32,910 bases of DNA from NCBI GenBank assembly GCA_017621905.1, contig JAGASC010000198.1, forward strand, positions 1 through 32,910. Direction: 5' to 3'. Made by a program: the position numbers and the translations under genes. Below are positions 8,714 to 18,536 of the stretch, piece after piece. Each line of letters begins with the position of its first letter. Positions within the stretch are counted from its first letter, which is position 1. A model generated the notes under the pieces. The model was not told where the DNA came from, ran no database searches, and saw nothing but the letters and a program-made list of their open reading frames with translations. This DNA comes from Roseburia sp. GTDB taxonomy: Bacteria > Bacillota > Clostridia > Lachnospirales > Lachnospiraceae.

Positions 8714-9577
8714 GTGACTGATACAATATCGAAAGCAAGAAAAATTAAGGATACTATCTTAAAGCTGATGATGGTTTTATCAGCAGGATTGATTTGCTCT
8801 CTCCTGCTCGGACTGATTGGATATATCCTGTACCGGGGCATTCCACATATCTCATGGATGCTTGTTTCTACGAAACCAAGCCTTTTGCGTGGTACGGTCG
8901 GGATTCTGCCAAACATCCTGAATACCTTATATATCATTATCATAACGCTTGTAATTGTACTGCCGCTTGGGGTAGGGGCTGCGATTTATCTGAACGAATA
9001 TGCAAAGAATAAAAAACTGGTACGGGTCATTGAACTGGCAACAGAAACCCTTGCCGGAATCCCATCAATTATATATGGACTGGTGGGAATGCTCCTGTTT
9101 GTGCAGTTTTTCTCTCTGGGAACCAGTCTGATGGCCGGTTCGCTCACCCTGGCAATCATGACATTGCCCACGATTATACGCACCACACAGGAAAGCCTGA
9201 AAACGGTGCCAAAAGCATATCGGGAAGGTTCGCTTGGATTAGGGGCAGGCAAATGGTATATGATTCGTACAGTTGTCATTCCCTGTGTCATTGATGGGAT
9301 TGTTACCGGCTGTATCTTATCGGTGGGCAGAGTGGTAGGTGAAAGTGCCGCACTTCTCTTTACGGCAGGGATGGCAAATGAACTGCTGTCCGTACCAGAG
9401 GCAGTGCAGGCGGGAAATGCGGGTTCTACTCTGACCGTTGCCATGTATGTATATGCGAAAGAGCGCGGGCAGTTTGATGTTGCGTTTGCGGTTGCCGCTA
9501 TATTGCTTGTACTTACCTTTCTTATCAATATGTCGGCAAAGATAGCGGCACTTAGACTGAAACAGAAACGAGGTTAA
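8714..9577 (+). CDS. pstA: Phosphate ABC transporter permease PstA
   Basis: GTG at 8714 after [24 protein letters not shown] and [10 protein letters not shown] motifs. Confidence 0.95.
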   Translation: MTDTISKARKIKDTILKLMMVLSAGLICSLLLGLIGYILYRGIPHISWMLVSTKPSLLRGTVGILPNILNTLYIIIITLVIVLPLGVGAAIYLNEYAKNKKLVRVIELATETLAGIPSIIYGLVGMLLFVQFFSLGTSLMAGSLTLAIMTLPTIIRTTQESLKTVPKAYREGSLGLGAGKWYMIRTVVIPCVIDGIVTGCILSVGRVVGESAALLFTAGMANELLSVPEAVQAGNAGSTLTVAMYVYAKERGQFDVAFAVAAILLVLTFLINMSAKIAALRLKQKRG

Positions 9578-9581
9578 AGTT

Positions 9582-10334
9582 ATGGAACACATTATCACGA
9601 CAAAGAATTTAAACTTATGGTATGGTGCGAGCCATGCCCTGAAAAGTATCAACATGGAAATCCCGGAAAAGAAAATCACTGCGCTGATTGGCCCCTCTGG
9701 CTGTGGAAAATCCACTTATCTGAAAACATTGAACCGGATGAATGATTTGGTGGAAAGCTGCCGTATCGAAGGAGAAATTATGCTTTCCGGCATTGACATT
9801 TACAAGGGGATTGATGTAAACATTTTGCGGAAACGTGTTGGCATGGTCTTTCAAAAACCGAATCCGTTTCCAATGAGTATTTATGATAATATTGCCTATG
9901 GTCCAAGAATACATGGAATCAAATCAAAGGTTAAGCTGGATGAAATCGTGGAGCGTTCCCTGACGCAGGCGGCAATCTGGGAGGAATGCAAAGACCGTTT
10001 GAAAAAGAGTGCATTGGGCATGAGTGGCGGCCAGCAGCAGAGGCTCTGCATTGCAAGGGCACTGGCGGTGGAGCCGGAAGTCCTTCTGATGGATGAACCG
10101 ACGTCTGCCCTTGACCCTATTTCCACTTCAAAGATTGAAGATTTAGCAATGGAATTGAAGGAAAAATATACGATTATTATGGTAACCCACAATATGCAGC
10201 AGGCAGTGCGGATTGCAGATAAGACAGCATTCTTCCTGCTGGGCGAGGTGGTGGAATTTGACGACACGCAGACCATGTTCTCTACACCGTCAGATAAAAG
10301 AACAGAGGATTATATTACAGGGAGGTTTGGATAA
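9582..10334 (+). CDS. pstB: Phosphate ABC transporter ATPase
   Basis: [30 protein letters not shown] and C-terminal YITGRFG. Confidence 0.97.
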   Translation: MEHIITTKNLNLWYGASHALKSINMEIPEKKITALIGPSGCGKSTYLKTLNRMNDLVESCRIEGEIMLSGIDIYKGIDVNILRKRVGMVFQKPNPFPMSIYDNIAYGPRIHGIKSKVKLDEIVERSLTQAAIWEECKDRLKKSALGMSGGQQQRLCIARALAVEPEVLLMDEPTSALDPISTSKIEDLAMELKEKYTIIMVTHNMQQAVRIADKTAFFLLGEVVEFDDTQTMFSTPSDKRTEDYITGRFG

Positions 10335-11017
10335 TGCGGAATAAATTTGACAGACAGTTATCGCAGCTTAATACAGAACTTGTTACCATGGGAGCCTTAT
10401 GCGAAGAGGCAATTACCAATGCGGTAAAATATCTTACGGACCATGAGGAAAACAGCAAAAATATGTGTCTGGATGCGGACACGCAGATTGATAAAAAAGA
10501 GCGTGATATCGAAACCCTCTGCCTGAAACTGATTTTGCAGCAGCAGCCTGTAGCAAAAGATTTGAGAGTTGTTTCAGCCGCTTTGAAAATGATATCCGAT
10601 ATGGAGCGGATTGGGGATCAGGCATCGGATATTGTGGAGATTGCACCTTATGTGGCAAAAAAGGGAACGCTTGGCGAAACCCATATCCGGGAAATGGCAG
10701 AAGCAGCGATCAAAATGGTGTCAGAAAGTATTGAATCCTTTGTAAAAATGAATCTGGACATTGCCTGGCTGGTCATTGAACATGATAATATCGTGGATGA
10801 TTTGTTTGACAAGGTAAAGCGGGAGTTGATAAAATCAATAACAGAGGGGCATGACGATGCGGAGGCTCTTATGGATTTGCTGATGATTGCAAAATATTTT
10901 GAGCGGATTGGCGACCATGCAGAAAATATTGCGGAATGGGTTATTTATTCCATTACCGGAGAGCATCGGAAAAGACCTGAAAATAAGGAAAGCTCCACCA
11001 AAGGAGGAATCGGTTAA
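10334..11017 (+). CDS. phoU: Phosphate signalling protein PhoU
   Basis: QQPVAKDLR, DMERIGD and FERIGDHAENIAE. Confidence 0.95.
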   Translation: MRNKFDRQLSQLNTELVTMGALCEEAITNAVKYLTDHEENSKNMCLDADTQIDKKERDIETLCLKLILQQQPVAKDLRVVSAALKMISDMERIGDQASDIVEIAPYVAKKGTLGETHIREMAEAAIKMVSESIESFVKMNLDIAWLVIEHDNIVDDLFDKVKRELIKSITEGHDDAEALMDLLMIAKYFERIGDHAENIAEWVIYSITGEHRKRPENKESSTKGGIG

Positions 11018-11018
11018 C

Positions 11019-11696
11019 ATGATTTATCTGCTGGAAGATGATGATAATATAAGAAAGCTGGTATGCTATGCCCTGTCAAAAGAGGGATTTGAAGTGCAGG
11101 GGCATTCTTCTCCAAAGGAATTTTGGCAGGGAATCAATACGGAACTGCCGGAATTGGTTTTGCTGGATATTATGCTGCCGGAAGAAGACGGATTGTCGAT
11201 TCTGAATAAACTGAAAGGTAATGCAGCGACAGAACACATCCCTGTTATTATGCTTACCGCAAAGGGTAGTGAATTTGATAAGGTCACAGGCCTTGATATG
11301 GGGGCGGATGATTACGTGGCAAAGCCTTTTGGAACGATGGAACTGATTTCAAGGGTTCGGGCGGTACTGAGACGTTCCCAAAAAACGCAGGATGACAGAA
11401 CGTATACGATTGGCGGGTTGTATGTTAATCCTGCAAAACATATTATTACGGTATCAGGGGAAGCGGTATCGCTTTCCTATAAGGAATATCTGCTGTTAAT
11501 AGTCCTGCTGGAGGCAGAGGGCAATGTGGTGGAACGCGACAGGCTTTTAACCAGTGTCTGGGGAGAATATTATACAGAATCCCGAACGCTGGATGTGCAT
11601 ATCCGCAAACTGCGGGTAAAACTGGGGGATGCAGGAAAACTCATTCAGACAATAAAAGGAATCGGCTATAAATTAGGAGGCGATTGGAATGAATAA
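11019..11696 (+). CDS. phoB: OmpR/PhoB-family response regulator (PhoB/PhoP)
   Basis: ATG at 11019 after AAGGAGG. LEDD, LLDIMLP, GADDYVAKPF and SRTLDVHIRKLR; pst operon context. Confidence 0.85.
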   Translation: MIYLLEDDDNIRKLVCYALSKEGFEVQGHSSPKEFWQGINTELPELVLLDIMLPEEDGLSILNKLKGNAATEHIPVIMLTAKGSEFDKVTGLDMGADDYVAKPFGTMELISRVRAVLRRSQKTQDDRTYTIGGLYVNPAKHIITVSGEAVSLSYKEYLLLIVLLEAEGNVVERDRLLTSVWGEYYTESRTLDVHIRKLRVKLGDAGKLIQTIKGIGYKLGGDWNE

Positions 11697-13362
11697 AAAA
11701 ATTTTTCGTTCGTCACTGCTTACCGTCTGTCTTGTATTGGCAGCTACCATTGCATTGATTATGGGGCTTTTGTTTCATTTTTTTGAAAAGCAGATACAGA
11801 AAGAGCTTGCCAATGAGGCCGGCTTTCTGGCACATGCTCTTGAAAATGAGGGAGCCGGATATTTTGACAGTTTTGATAACAAGAATAACAAACTTGCCGG
11901 AAATAACCGTATCACATGGATTGATGAAAATGGAACGGTATTGTTCGACAGCAGGGCAGATGTGTCCGAACTGGATAATCATGCTGACCGGGATGAAATT
12001 AAAACGGCAATGAAAGAGGGAAAAGGAATGAGTACAAGGTACTCCAAAACCCTGACGGAGAAAACAGTGAATTATGCCATACGGCTTTCCGATGGCAGCA
12101 TACTGCGGGTTTCGACAGAACAGTATACGGTAGTAACCATTCTGATGGGGATGCTTCAGCCGATTTTATTCATTATGTTTGTCGCATTGATTTTAACACT
12201 GGTGCTTTCCGCAAGGGTATCAAAAGCCATTATAGAACCAATTAACAAACTGGATTTGGAAGTGCCTGAGAATAACGAAACATATGAGGAATTAACTCCG
12301 CTGTTACGGAAAATTGCAGACCAGAAAGAAACGATAGGGGAACAACTTGCGGGTGCCCGCAAAAAACAGAAGGAATTTAACCTGATTACAGAAAATATGA
12401 GTGAGGGCTTTCTGGTGATTGATGCAGACGCCAATCTTCTGACCTATAATTCTGCCGCATTAAACCTGCTTGAGATTACCCCTCCGGCAGATAGGAGTGT
12501 CCTTCTGTTCTGCCGGGCAAAAGAGTTCAGAGGCGTCATATCCGATGTATTGTCAGGAATAAAGGCAGAAAATACGATGGTGCGGGAGGAACGCAGTTAC
12601 AGTCTGATTGCCAATCCGGTTTTTGAGAAAGAATCTGTAATCGGGGCTGTTGTGGTGATTCTGGATATTACGGAACGTGAAAAAAGGGATGCACTGCGAC
12701 GGGAGTTTACGGCAAATGTTTCCCATGAACTGAAAACTCCGCTGACGTCTATCTCTGGCTTTGCCGAACTGATGAAAGCAGGCGATGTTCTGGAAAATGA
12801 TGTGACTGACTTTTCAAAATCCATTTATGATGAGGCACAGCGGCTGATTACGTTAGTCAATGATATTATTAAGATTTCTGAACTTGACGGGCAGAGTATT
12901 CCTTATGAAAAGGAAACGGTGGATTTATATGAATTGTCAAAGGAAGTAATCGGACGGTTGGAAAAAGAAGCCGATAAGAAGAATATTACCTTTCATTTGA
13001 TTGGCGGCAGGGCAGAGATTATAGGCGTGCATAAAATTTTGGAGGAAATGCTCTATAACCTTTGTGACAATGCGATGAAATATAACAAGGAAAATGGTAC
13101 GGTGGATGTTTTGGTAAACCAGACGGGAGATGGCGTGAATGTGATTGTGCGTGATACGGGAATCGGGATTCCTATATCACATCAGGACAGGGTGTTCGAA
13201 CGCTTTTACCGGGTGGATAAAAGCCATTCCAAAAAGGTAGGTGGAACAGGTCTTGGTCTTGCCATAGTAAAGCATGGTGCTCTGTACCACCATGCAAAGC
13301 TCAGTCTGGAAAGTACTGTGGATGTGGGAACGGTGGTAACGATTGCATTTTCTAAAAAATAA
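11689..13362 (+). CDS. phoR: Sensor histidine kinase PhoR
   Basis: Two TM segments, PAS-like region, EFTANVSHELKTPLTSI, FERFYRVDKS and GGTGLGL. Confidence 0.9.
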   Translation: MNKKIFRSSLLTVCLVLAATIALIMGLLFHFFEKQIQKELANEAGFLAHALENEGAGYFDSFDNKNNKLAGNNRITWIDENGTVLFDSRADVSELDNHADRDEIKTAMKEGKGMSTRYSKTLTEKTVNYAIRLSDGSILRVSTEQYTVVTILMGMLQPILFIMFVALILTLVLSARVSKAIIEPINKLDLEVPENNETYEELTPLLRKIADQKETIGEQLAGARKKQKEFNLITENMSEGFLVIDADANLLTYNSAALNLLEITPPADRSVLLFCRAKEFRGVISDVLSGIKAENTMVREERSYSLIANPVFEKESVIGAVVVILDITEREKRDALRREFTANVSHELKTPLTSISGFAELMKAGDVLENDVTDFSKSIYDEAQRLITLVNDIIKISELDGQSIPYEKETVDLYELSKEVIGRLEKEADKKNITFHLIGGRAEIIGVHKILEEMLYNLCDNAMKYNKENGTVDVLVNQTGDGVNVIVRDTGIGIPISHQDRVFERFYRVDKSHSKKVGGTGLGLAIVKHGALYHHAKLSLESTVDVGTVVTIAFSKK

Positions 13363-13418
13363 TAAAGATAAATATATGCCGGAAAACAGCCCGTATAAGG
13401 GCTATGCCCGACATATTT

Positions 13419-13435
13419 TTAACGCAGTTTTAACA
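13419..13435 (+). promoter_or_regulatory. Putative Pho box upstream of the hybrid kinase
   Basis: TTAACG (13419) and TTAACA (13430), 11-bp period, same motif as the pstS box. Confidence 0.45.
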
Positions 13436-13523
13436 TACTTGTTATCTGCCCTTTATGGTTTATCAGATGGAAATCGTATAAAATAACTTGTGTAAACAAG
13501 ATAATTACTGGAATGGAGGAGCT

Positions 13524-14777
13524 ATGAAAAAGAAGAAAACAGTGAAAAAGTTAAAAAAGAAAATTGCGGTTTTGGAAACAGAAAATCTGTCATTACAAGA
13601 GAGCGTTTTGCGGGCAGAGAACAACAGCAGGGAAAAAAGTGCTTTTTTATCCCATATGTCCCATGATATACGAACACCCCTGAATGGCATTATTGGAATG
13701 ACAGGCATTGCCATGAAACATTTTGATGATAAAGACAGGGTTCTTGATTGTCTAGGGAAAATTGACAGTTCTTCCAAACATCTGCTATCCCTGATTAACG
13801 ATATTTTGGATATGAGCCGGATTGAAAGCGGCAGAATGGTTATGAACCATGAACGGATGGATATACGTGAGGTGATTAACGGTTGTGCACTAATTGCGGA
13901 AAGTCTGCTGGCACAGAGAAAGGTGGATTTTGTCAGGGAGTTTGGTATATTCCATCATCCTCTGCTAATTGGCGATGAATTACATCTGCGTCAGGTACTT
14001 ATCAATATTTTATCAAATGCCATTAAGTTTACCCCGGATGGAGGGAAAATCATTTTTCAGGTAAAGGAGGTTTCTGCTGGAGACGGAAAGGCGACATACC
14101 ATTTTGAGATTGAGGATACCGGAATTGGTATGAAACCGGATTTTTTGGAAAAAATTTGGGATTCCTTTACACAGGAAAATAGCGGAAATTGCAATGGGTA
14201 TAAGGGAACCGGATTGGGAATGGCTATTACAAAAAAACTGGTTGATTTGATGGGGGGGATTATCAAGGCAGCAAGCAAGCCGGGAGTTGGCAGTAAATTT
14301 ACTGTGGAGGTAACATTTGATACAGGGATAATGTCTGGCATTGCAGAGAAAGAGAATAAAATGGAAAGCATACAGGAACGGAACGCCCATCTGGACGGCA
14401 TGAAAGTCCTGTTAGTTGAAGATACCCCACTGAATATGGAAATTGCGAAATTTATGCTGGAAGATGAAGGGATTGAAGTAATGACGGCAGAAAATGGACA
14501 GATTGCTGTTAATATTTTTAATAATTCGCCTGAGAATACTTTTAATGCTGTGTTAATGGATGTGAGAATGCCTGTGATGGATGGTCTGACCGCTACAAAA
14601 TCAATCCGGACATTGCCAAGAACTGACGCTGTAACAGTCCCAATAATAGCTATGACAGCAGACGCATATAGTGAAGATATAAGAAGGACAACTGATGCAG
14701 GAATGAATGCACATCTGACAAAACCTGTCAGTCAAGAGAAAATGCTCTCGACTTTGGAGAAATTTTATTCTGTATAA
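13524..14777 (+). CDS. Cytoplasmic hybrid histidine kinase (HisKA-HATPase-REC), no sensor domain
   Basis: ATG at 13524 after GGAGGAG. MSHDIRTPLN, NAIKFT and GTGLGM; receiver VLLVED...LMDVRMP...HLTKP. Confidence 0.85.
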   Translation: MKKKKTVKKLKKKIAVLETENLSLQESVLRAENNSREKSAFLSHMSHDIRTPLNGIIGMTGIAMKHFDDKDRVLDCLGKIDSSSKHLLSLINDILDMSRIESGRMVMNHERMDIREVINGCALIAESLLAQRKVDFVREFGIFHHPLLIGDELHLRQVLINILSNAIKFTPDGGKIIFQVKEVSAGDGKATYHFEIEDTGIGMKPDFLEKIWDSFTQENSGNCNGYKGTGLGMAITKKLVDLMGGIIKAASKPGVGSKFTVEVTFDTGIMSGIAEKENKMESIQERNAHLDGMKVLLVEDTPLNMEIAKFMLEDEGIEVMTAENGQIAVNIFNNSPENTFNAVLMDVRMPVMDGLTATKSIRTLPRTDAVTVPIIAMTADAYSEDIRRTTDAGMNAHLTKPVSQEKMLSTLEKFYSV

Positions 14778-14840
14778 ATAATAAGCTCTTTTGGATATAT
14801 ATTTCTTTTGGCATTTTGAAAGAGATTAAAAAGCAAAATG

Positions 14841-14883
14841 AAAAATGCTTAAAAGCATTTTGTAAAAGATTTTAAGCATTTTT
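14841..14883. terminator. Inverted repeat / likely terminator after the kinase
   Basis: AAAAATGCTTAAAA...TTTTAAGCATTTTT. Confidence 0.55.
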
Positions 14884-14900
14884 ATGTCAAACTTTCCTGA

Positions 14901-15146
14901 TTATCCTCTGCATCTATAAATATCTGTATTTCGTTGTTGAGATAAAACAAACCCATCGGTGTCCGATGGGTTGCATGTTTCAAGCAGATTATCTATTGCC
15001 AGTGCATTTAGTACATGGTCTGTCCATGCTGTGTTTTTAAATCCTTTCTCTGCTTTGTTACAGTCAATCCGTAGAATGTAACCGTCAAATGTAGTAATGT
15101 CAATACTGTTGTGGTACATATTGTACCTTGCGTATATTAGATTCAT
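14901..15146 (-). pseudogene. DUF6061-like small protein, probably C-terminally truncated
   Basis: NSIDITTFDGYILRIDC...ALAIDN resembles DUF6061 (from memory). The tail runs through a perfect terminator-like hairpin AACCCATCGG/CCGATGGGTT (14950-14972). Confidence 0.5.
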
Positions 15147-15235
15147 TTTCTTTGTCCTTTCATAATTTTTACAAGCATATCAAATCAGTTCCCACGCCTT
15201 AATTGTTTTGTGTTATAATGTGTTATAGGTTTTTC

Positions 15236-15312
15236 TTTCCCTTAAAGTTTCCCTCATTAGGGTTCATAACAGCAAGAGGGAGAAAATAACATAAGGGAAA
15301 ATCTAAGGGAAT
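15236..15312. repeat. Putative integrase arm-type sites, right end
   Basis: TTTCCCT at 15236 and 15248; AAGGGAA at 15293 and 15305. 12-bp period, same motif as 1677-1719. Confidence 0.6.
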
Positions 15313-15452
15313 GCTCACCTTGCACAAATTTAGTGTTTTCAGTGGTTAAAGCAATTCATGATAACAAAATATAAGAATTATTAAATCCCTTAGATTTTGT
15401 GAAAACACAATCGGAATTTGAAAAAAGTAGAACAAGGGAGTTGAAGATAAAT

Positions 15453-15710
15453 ATGTCAGAATTAACAGCTATGTTGAATATTGGTAAGGAAATGGAAAAA
15501 AAGCTAATATCTGTTGGTATTGAATCTTCCGAGAAACTAATTGATGTAGGTGCAAAAGACGCATTTCTTAAGCTAAAGCAGAAATATCCAAATGTTTGTC
15601 TAGTACATTTATATACATTAGAGGGTGCGATTCATAATACAGAATATAACAGACTTTCCGAAGATACAAAAAAGGAATTGAAAGAATTTAGTGATTTTCT
15701 GAAAAAGTAA
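15453..15710 (+). CDS. TfoX/Sxy C-terminal domain protein
   Basis: MSELTAMLNIGKEMEKKLISVGI...GAKDAFLKL...CLVHLYTLEGAI; likely ATG at 15453. Confidence 0.85.
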   Translation: MSELTAMLNIGKEMEKKLISVGIESSEKLIDVGAKDAFLKLKQKYPNVCLVHLYTLEGAIHNTEYNRLSEDTKKELKEFSDFLKK

Positions 15711-15766
15711 CAGCAACGTAAATTCCAGTTTGTCCATGCCAAAACTAAATAATTGCAACAGACCAA

Positions 15767-15805
15767 ACAGCGGTAAACCTATCACAAATTTACCGCTGTT
15801 TTTTT
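15767..15805. terminator. Bidirectional intrinsic terminator
   Basis: AACAGCGGTAAA...TTTACCGCTGTT followed by a T run, between convergent genes. Confidence 0.75.
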
Positions 15806-15840
15806 ACCCAAAAGCAAGCAGGAAAGCAATAAATGACATA

Positions 15841-16278
15841 TCACTTTCCAACACTGTCAGCACTGAACTTGTAGCCAATACCTAACACAGTTTTGAGATA
15901 AGTCGGATTTTTACTGTCCGGCTCAATCTTTTTCCGCAAATTGTATATCACATTTGTAACGCTTGAATGACAGCTATTGCTTTCCATGCTCCAAACAGCT
16001 TCAAAAATCTGCGACTGCGTAAATACCCTGTTTGGACTGGAAGCAAGGAAAACAAGCGTACCATACTCAAGACGGGTAAGGCGTACTTCTCTCCTGTCCC
16101 GCAACACCCTGCGCTGATGTTGCAGTATTTCCAAGCCTTGAAAGGATAATACAGACAAGGAAACGGGTTGTTGTTCCGCTTCAATCTGCAATTCGTCTGC
16201 CAAGAGCGAAACCGCTCTTTGAAAGACTGTTTCCTCACTGTCCGAAAACGTCAGCACTATCATTTTTCCCATGTTCAT
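15841..16278 (-). CDS. Winged-helix (OmpR C-terminal type) regulator lacking a receiver domain
   Basis: LTRLEYGTLVFLASSPNRVFT...NLRKKIEPD...YLKTVLGIGYKF; likely ATG at 16278 after GAGGT. Confidence 0.8.
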   Translation of the reverse strand: MNMGKMIVLTFSDSEETVFQRAVSLLADELQIEAEQQPVSLSVLSFQGLEILQHQRRVLRDRREVRLTRLEYGTLVFLASSPNRVFTQSQIFEAVWSMESNSCHSSVTNVIYNLRKKIEPDSKNPTYLKTVLGIGYKFSADSVGK

Positions 16279-16454
16279 TACCTCTCTTATCCGTTGATAC
16301 AACATTTTTTCTGCCATTTTTGACAGTAAGCCACAAGTATATATGCCAGAAACCGCAATGTCAATTTCATGCGGATAAGGAAACAGACAGCCACTATCAA
16401 CAGCGGGCGTATGGAGATTACTCTGTATGCCCTCTTTTCATGTAAAGGAGATTT

Positions 16455-16634
16455 ATGTATATGTCAGAAAACAACGTGGAACAGCAGACAAAAGAACGCC
16501 GACCGCACCTTGTAAAGACCATAGGCAAAACGACTTACCTTGTGACTTGCCACTTTAGCGAAACGAGCAGGGAAACCTTGCAGGACAAGCTGAAACGCAT
16601 GATTTTAAGGGATATTCAGAGCGGAAATTATTAA
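16455..16634 (+). CDS. tnpW: TnpW-family transposon-encoded protein (59 aa)
   Basis: Not in the ORF track. LVKTIGKTTYLVTCHFSETSRETLQDKLKRMILRDI is the TnpW signature; RBS AAGGAG. Confidence 0.85.
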   Translation: MYMSENNVEQQTKERRPHLVKTIGKTTYLVTCHFSETSRETLQDKLKRMILRDIQSGNY

Positions 16635-16671
16635 ATTTCATGTTCACACTTTTTTTGTCTTGACGGCACAG

Positions 16672-16956
16672 ACGATAACCGCACTGTCTAAGTCCGGTAA
16701 GAAGGCAGGAAGCCTGTCTATTCCGGTAACGGCAACCATCAAGGGTTACAAGTACAATGTAACAAAGCTTGGAAACAATGTATTCAAGGGTGCCAAGGCT
16801 AAGAGTGTTGCACTTGGAAAGAATATCAAGACCATTCCTAAGGGAGCATTTGCGAACTGCAAGAAGACCATTAAGGTTAAAGGCAGCACCAAGAAGAACA
16901 GGAAAGCCAATGTTAAACTGTTAAAGAAGAAGAGTGGTTATAAGAAATTCAAATAG
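16672..16956 (+). pseudogene. C-terminal fragment of a BspA/LRR_5-type surface protein
   Basis: SLSIPVTATIKGYKYNVTKLGNNVFKG...LGKNIKTIPKGAFANCKK. No RBS or N-terminus; left limit approximate. Confidence 0.6.
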
Positions 16957-17006
16957 TTGAAACTGATTATTGAGTTATTTAAATTTGGCGTAGGGATATG
17001 CCAGGG

Positions 17007-17037
17007 ACAGCCGCACCGGAGGGTGCGGCTGTTTTTT
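17007..17037 (+). terminator. Intrinsic terminator
   Basis: ACAGCCGCACC-GGAG-GGTGCGGCTGT followed by TTTTT. Confidence 0.85.
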
Positions 17038-17145
17038 GACATATAGGAAAATCCGTCTTTTTGTTGCACAAAGAAAAACGCATATTCGGCGAACAAATGT
17101 TAGATAGATATGCGTTTTAGGGACACACTGGAAGTTGTCAGTATG

Positions 17146-17538
17146 TTATTCGTAGTCAACTCTTTCAATTTTGAAAATCACTGGACGTGTACCATCTGAA
17201 CAACAGGTAATCATTTCATTCTCGTTCTTCATCCAGCCTTTCATGATAGAGCCACCCTGTAAACCTGTATAAATATAACGAGAAACAGAGTCCCACGCTT
17301 CGGAACAAAACGGCATTTTCGGACCGCCTGCAACAGTATCTGGATTGCCATTGGTTTTTACCAGTGTGTTTAAACCCATGTGCCAGAAGTCATCACGTTC
17401 ATCGTCACGATAAAAAACAAATTCATCTCCTACATTGTAACAGGGGCAAGCACCTGAAGCAGGGTTTGCACAATATTGTTGCTGTAATTCTGGATATAAT
17501 TTTTTATCTAATACAGTTACTTTTACTTTATATTTCAT
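17146..17538 (-). CDS. TIGR04076-family protein
   Basis: [10 protein letters not shown]...[11 protein letters not shown]...[20 protein letters not shown]...[15 protein letters not shown]; RBS GGAGGT. Confidence 0.8.
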   Translation of the reverse strand: MKYKVKVTVLDKKLYPELQQQYCANPASGACPCYNVGDEFVFYRDDERDDFWHMGLNTLVKTNGNPDTVAGGPKMPFCSEAWDSVSRYIYTGLQGGSIMKGWMKNENEMITCCSDGTRPVIFKIERVDYE

Positions 17539-17649
17539 TTAATTTACCTCCAATCCCGATTTGATAAATTCAGAATACCACAAAAACATGAATATTTCCA
17601 CTGTGCAGTCCCAAGAATTACCGATTTGAACTCTCCCTCTGCGGGGCAA

Positions 17650-17832
17650 AATCAATCCGGCACAAATACCAGAAAACGTGATGGATTTAATCAGATGGTA
17701 GCAGATGTACTGGCTGGCAAGATTGACCTAATCCTTACTAAGTCAATCAGCCGCTTTGCCCGTAACACGGTAGATACTCTTACAACTGTCCGTAAGTTAA
17801 AGGAACGGAATGCGAAAGTATATTTTGAGTAA
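17650..17832 (+). pseudogene. Fragment of a large serine recombinase catalytic domain
   Basis: [15 protein letters not shown]...[20 protein letters not shown]...VYFE*. Lacks the N-terminal catalytic Ser motif and the C-terminus. Confidence 0.8.
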
Positions 17833-17971
17833 GGGAAAATCTATAACCAGATTTTTTCTTATAATACTGTTTATATTTAACTCATAAGATGTTATAATAA
17901 AATTAAATGAAGTTGCGCATACCAACATTCATCTATGATAAATGTTTTAAATCTGAGAGGAGGAGATTAAA

Positions 17972-18232
17972 ATGAGCACTCTCAAAAATACAATCTCTAT
18001 GATGCAGACTCTGCCAGAAACTGATTTAATTAAAATTCAGAATTTTACGAAGAAACTTTCCAAGCGTCGTGAACTTGAAACGGCTGACGAAGCTGTTGGT
18101 AGATTGTTGCCGCCAAAATCACGGGAAGATATTTATAGGGACTTAGAAATTTCAAGACAGCAAGCAGCAGAAGGGAAATGTCAGGAAATGGAGGAGGCGC
18201 TTGCGGAAATCAGAGCAAAGTATGGATTATGA
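17972..18232 (+). CDS. Putative antitoxin
   Basis: 86 aa, RBS GGAGGAG, overlaps the downstream RelE/ParE-like gene. Confidence 0.55.
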   Translation: MSTLKNTISMMQTLPETDLIKIQNFTKKLSKRRELETADEAVGRLLPPKSREDIYRDLEISRQQAAEGKCQEMEEALAEIRAKYGL

Positions 18233-18536
18233 GGTGATTTTGACTATTCCAGCCAAAGCACAGCTTGACCATATTATCGAATATGTTCTTTCTAAATATG
18301 AGAATACTCAAGCAGCACTAGGCATAATGGATGATGCGGAGGAAACAAAATATAGGCTTTCCCACGTGGCTGGTGGATTAAAGCTATGCGAAGATCCTAG
18401 ACTCCATAGTCTTGGGTATCGGACAATACATTTCAAACGCCACCGTTACTTTATGCTTTATCGAATACAGGATGACGTAGTTTATGTTGATGCCATTTAT
18501 CATGATCTGCAGGATTATGAAAGTTTATTAGAATAG
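18222..18536 (+). CDS. RelE/ParE-family toxin
   Basis: ATG at 18222. MDYEVILTIPAKAQLDHIIEY...GYRTI...YFMLYRI...VYVDAIYHDLQDY. Confidence 0.8.
   Translation: MDYEVILTIPAKAQLDHIIEYVLSKYENTQAALGIMDDAEETKYRLSHVAGGLKLCEDPRLHSLGYRTIHFKRHRYFMLYRIQDDVVYVDAIYHDLQDYESLLE

Larger units (their letters stand above)
1612..15358. mobile_element. Integrative mobilizable element (tyrosine int, xre, xis, MobV) with Pho cargo
   Basis: int/xre/xis/mobV backbone. Imperfect inverted ends TGAATTGCTCAAAC (1612-1625) and GTTAAAGCAATTCA (15345-15358), 12/14 match. AAGGGAAAA-type arm repeats at both ends. An alternative right end at 14897 is given by the 11-bp direct repeat TCAAACTTTCC. Confidence 0.65.
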
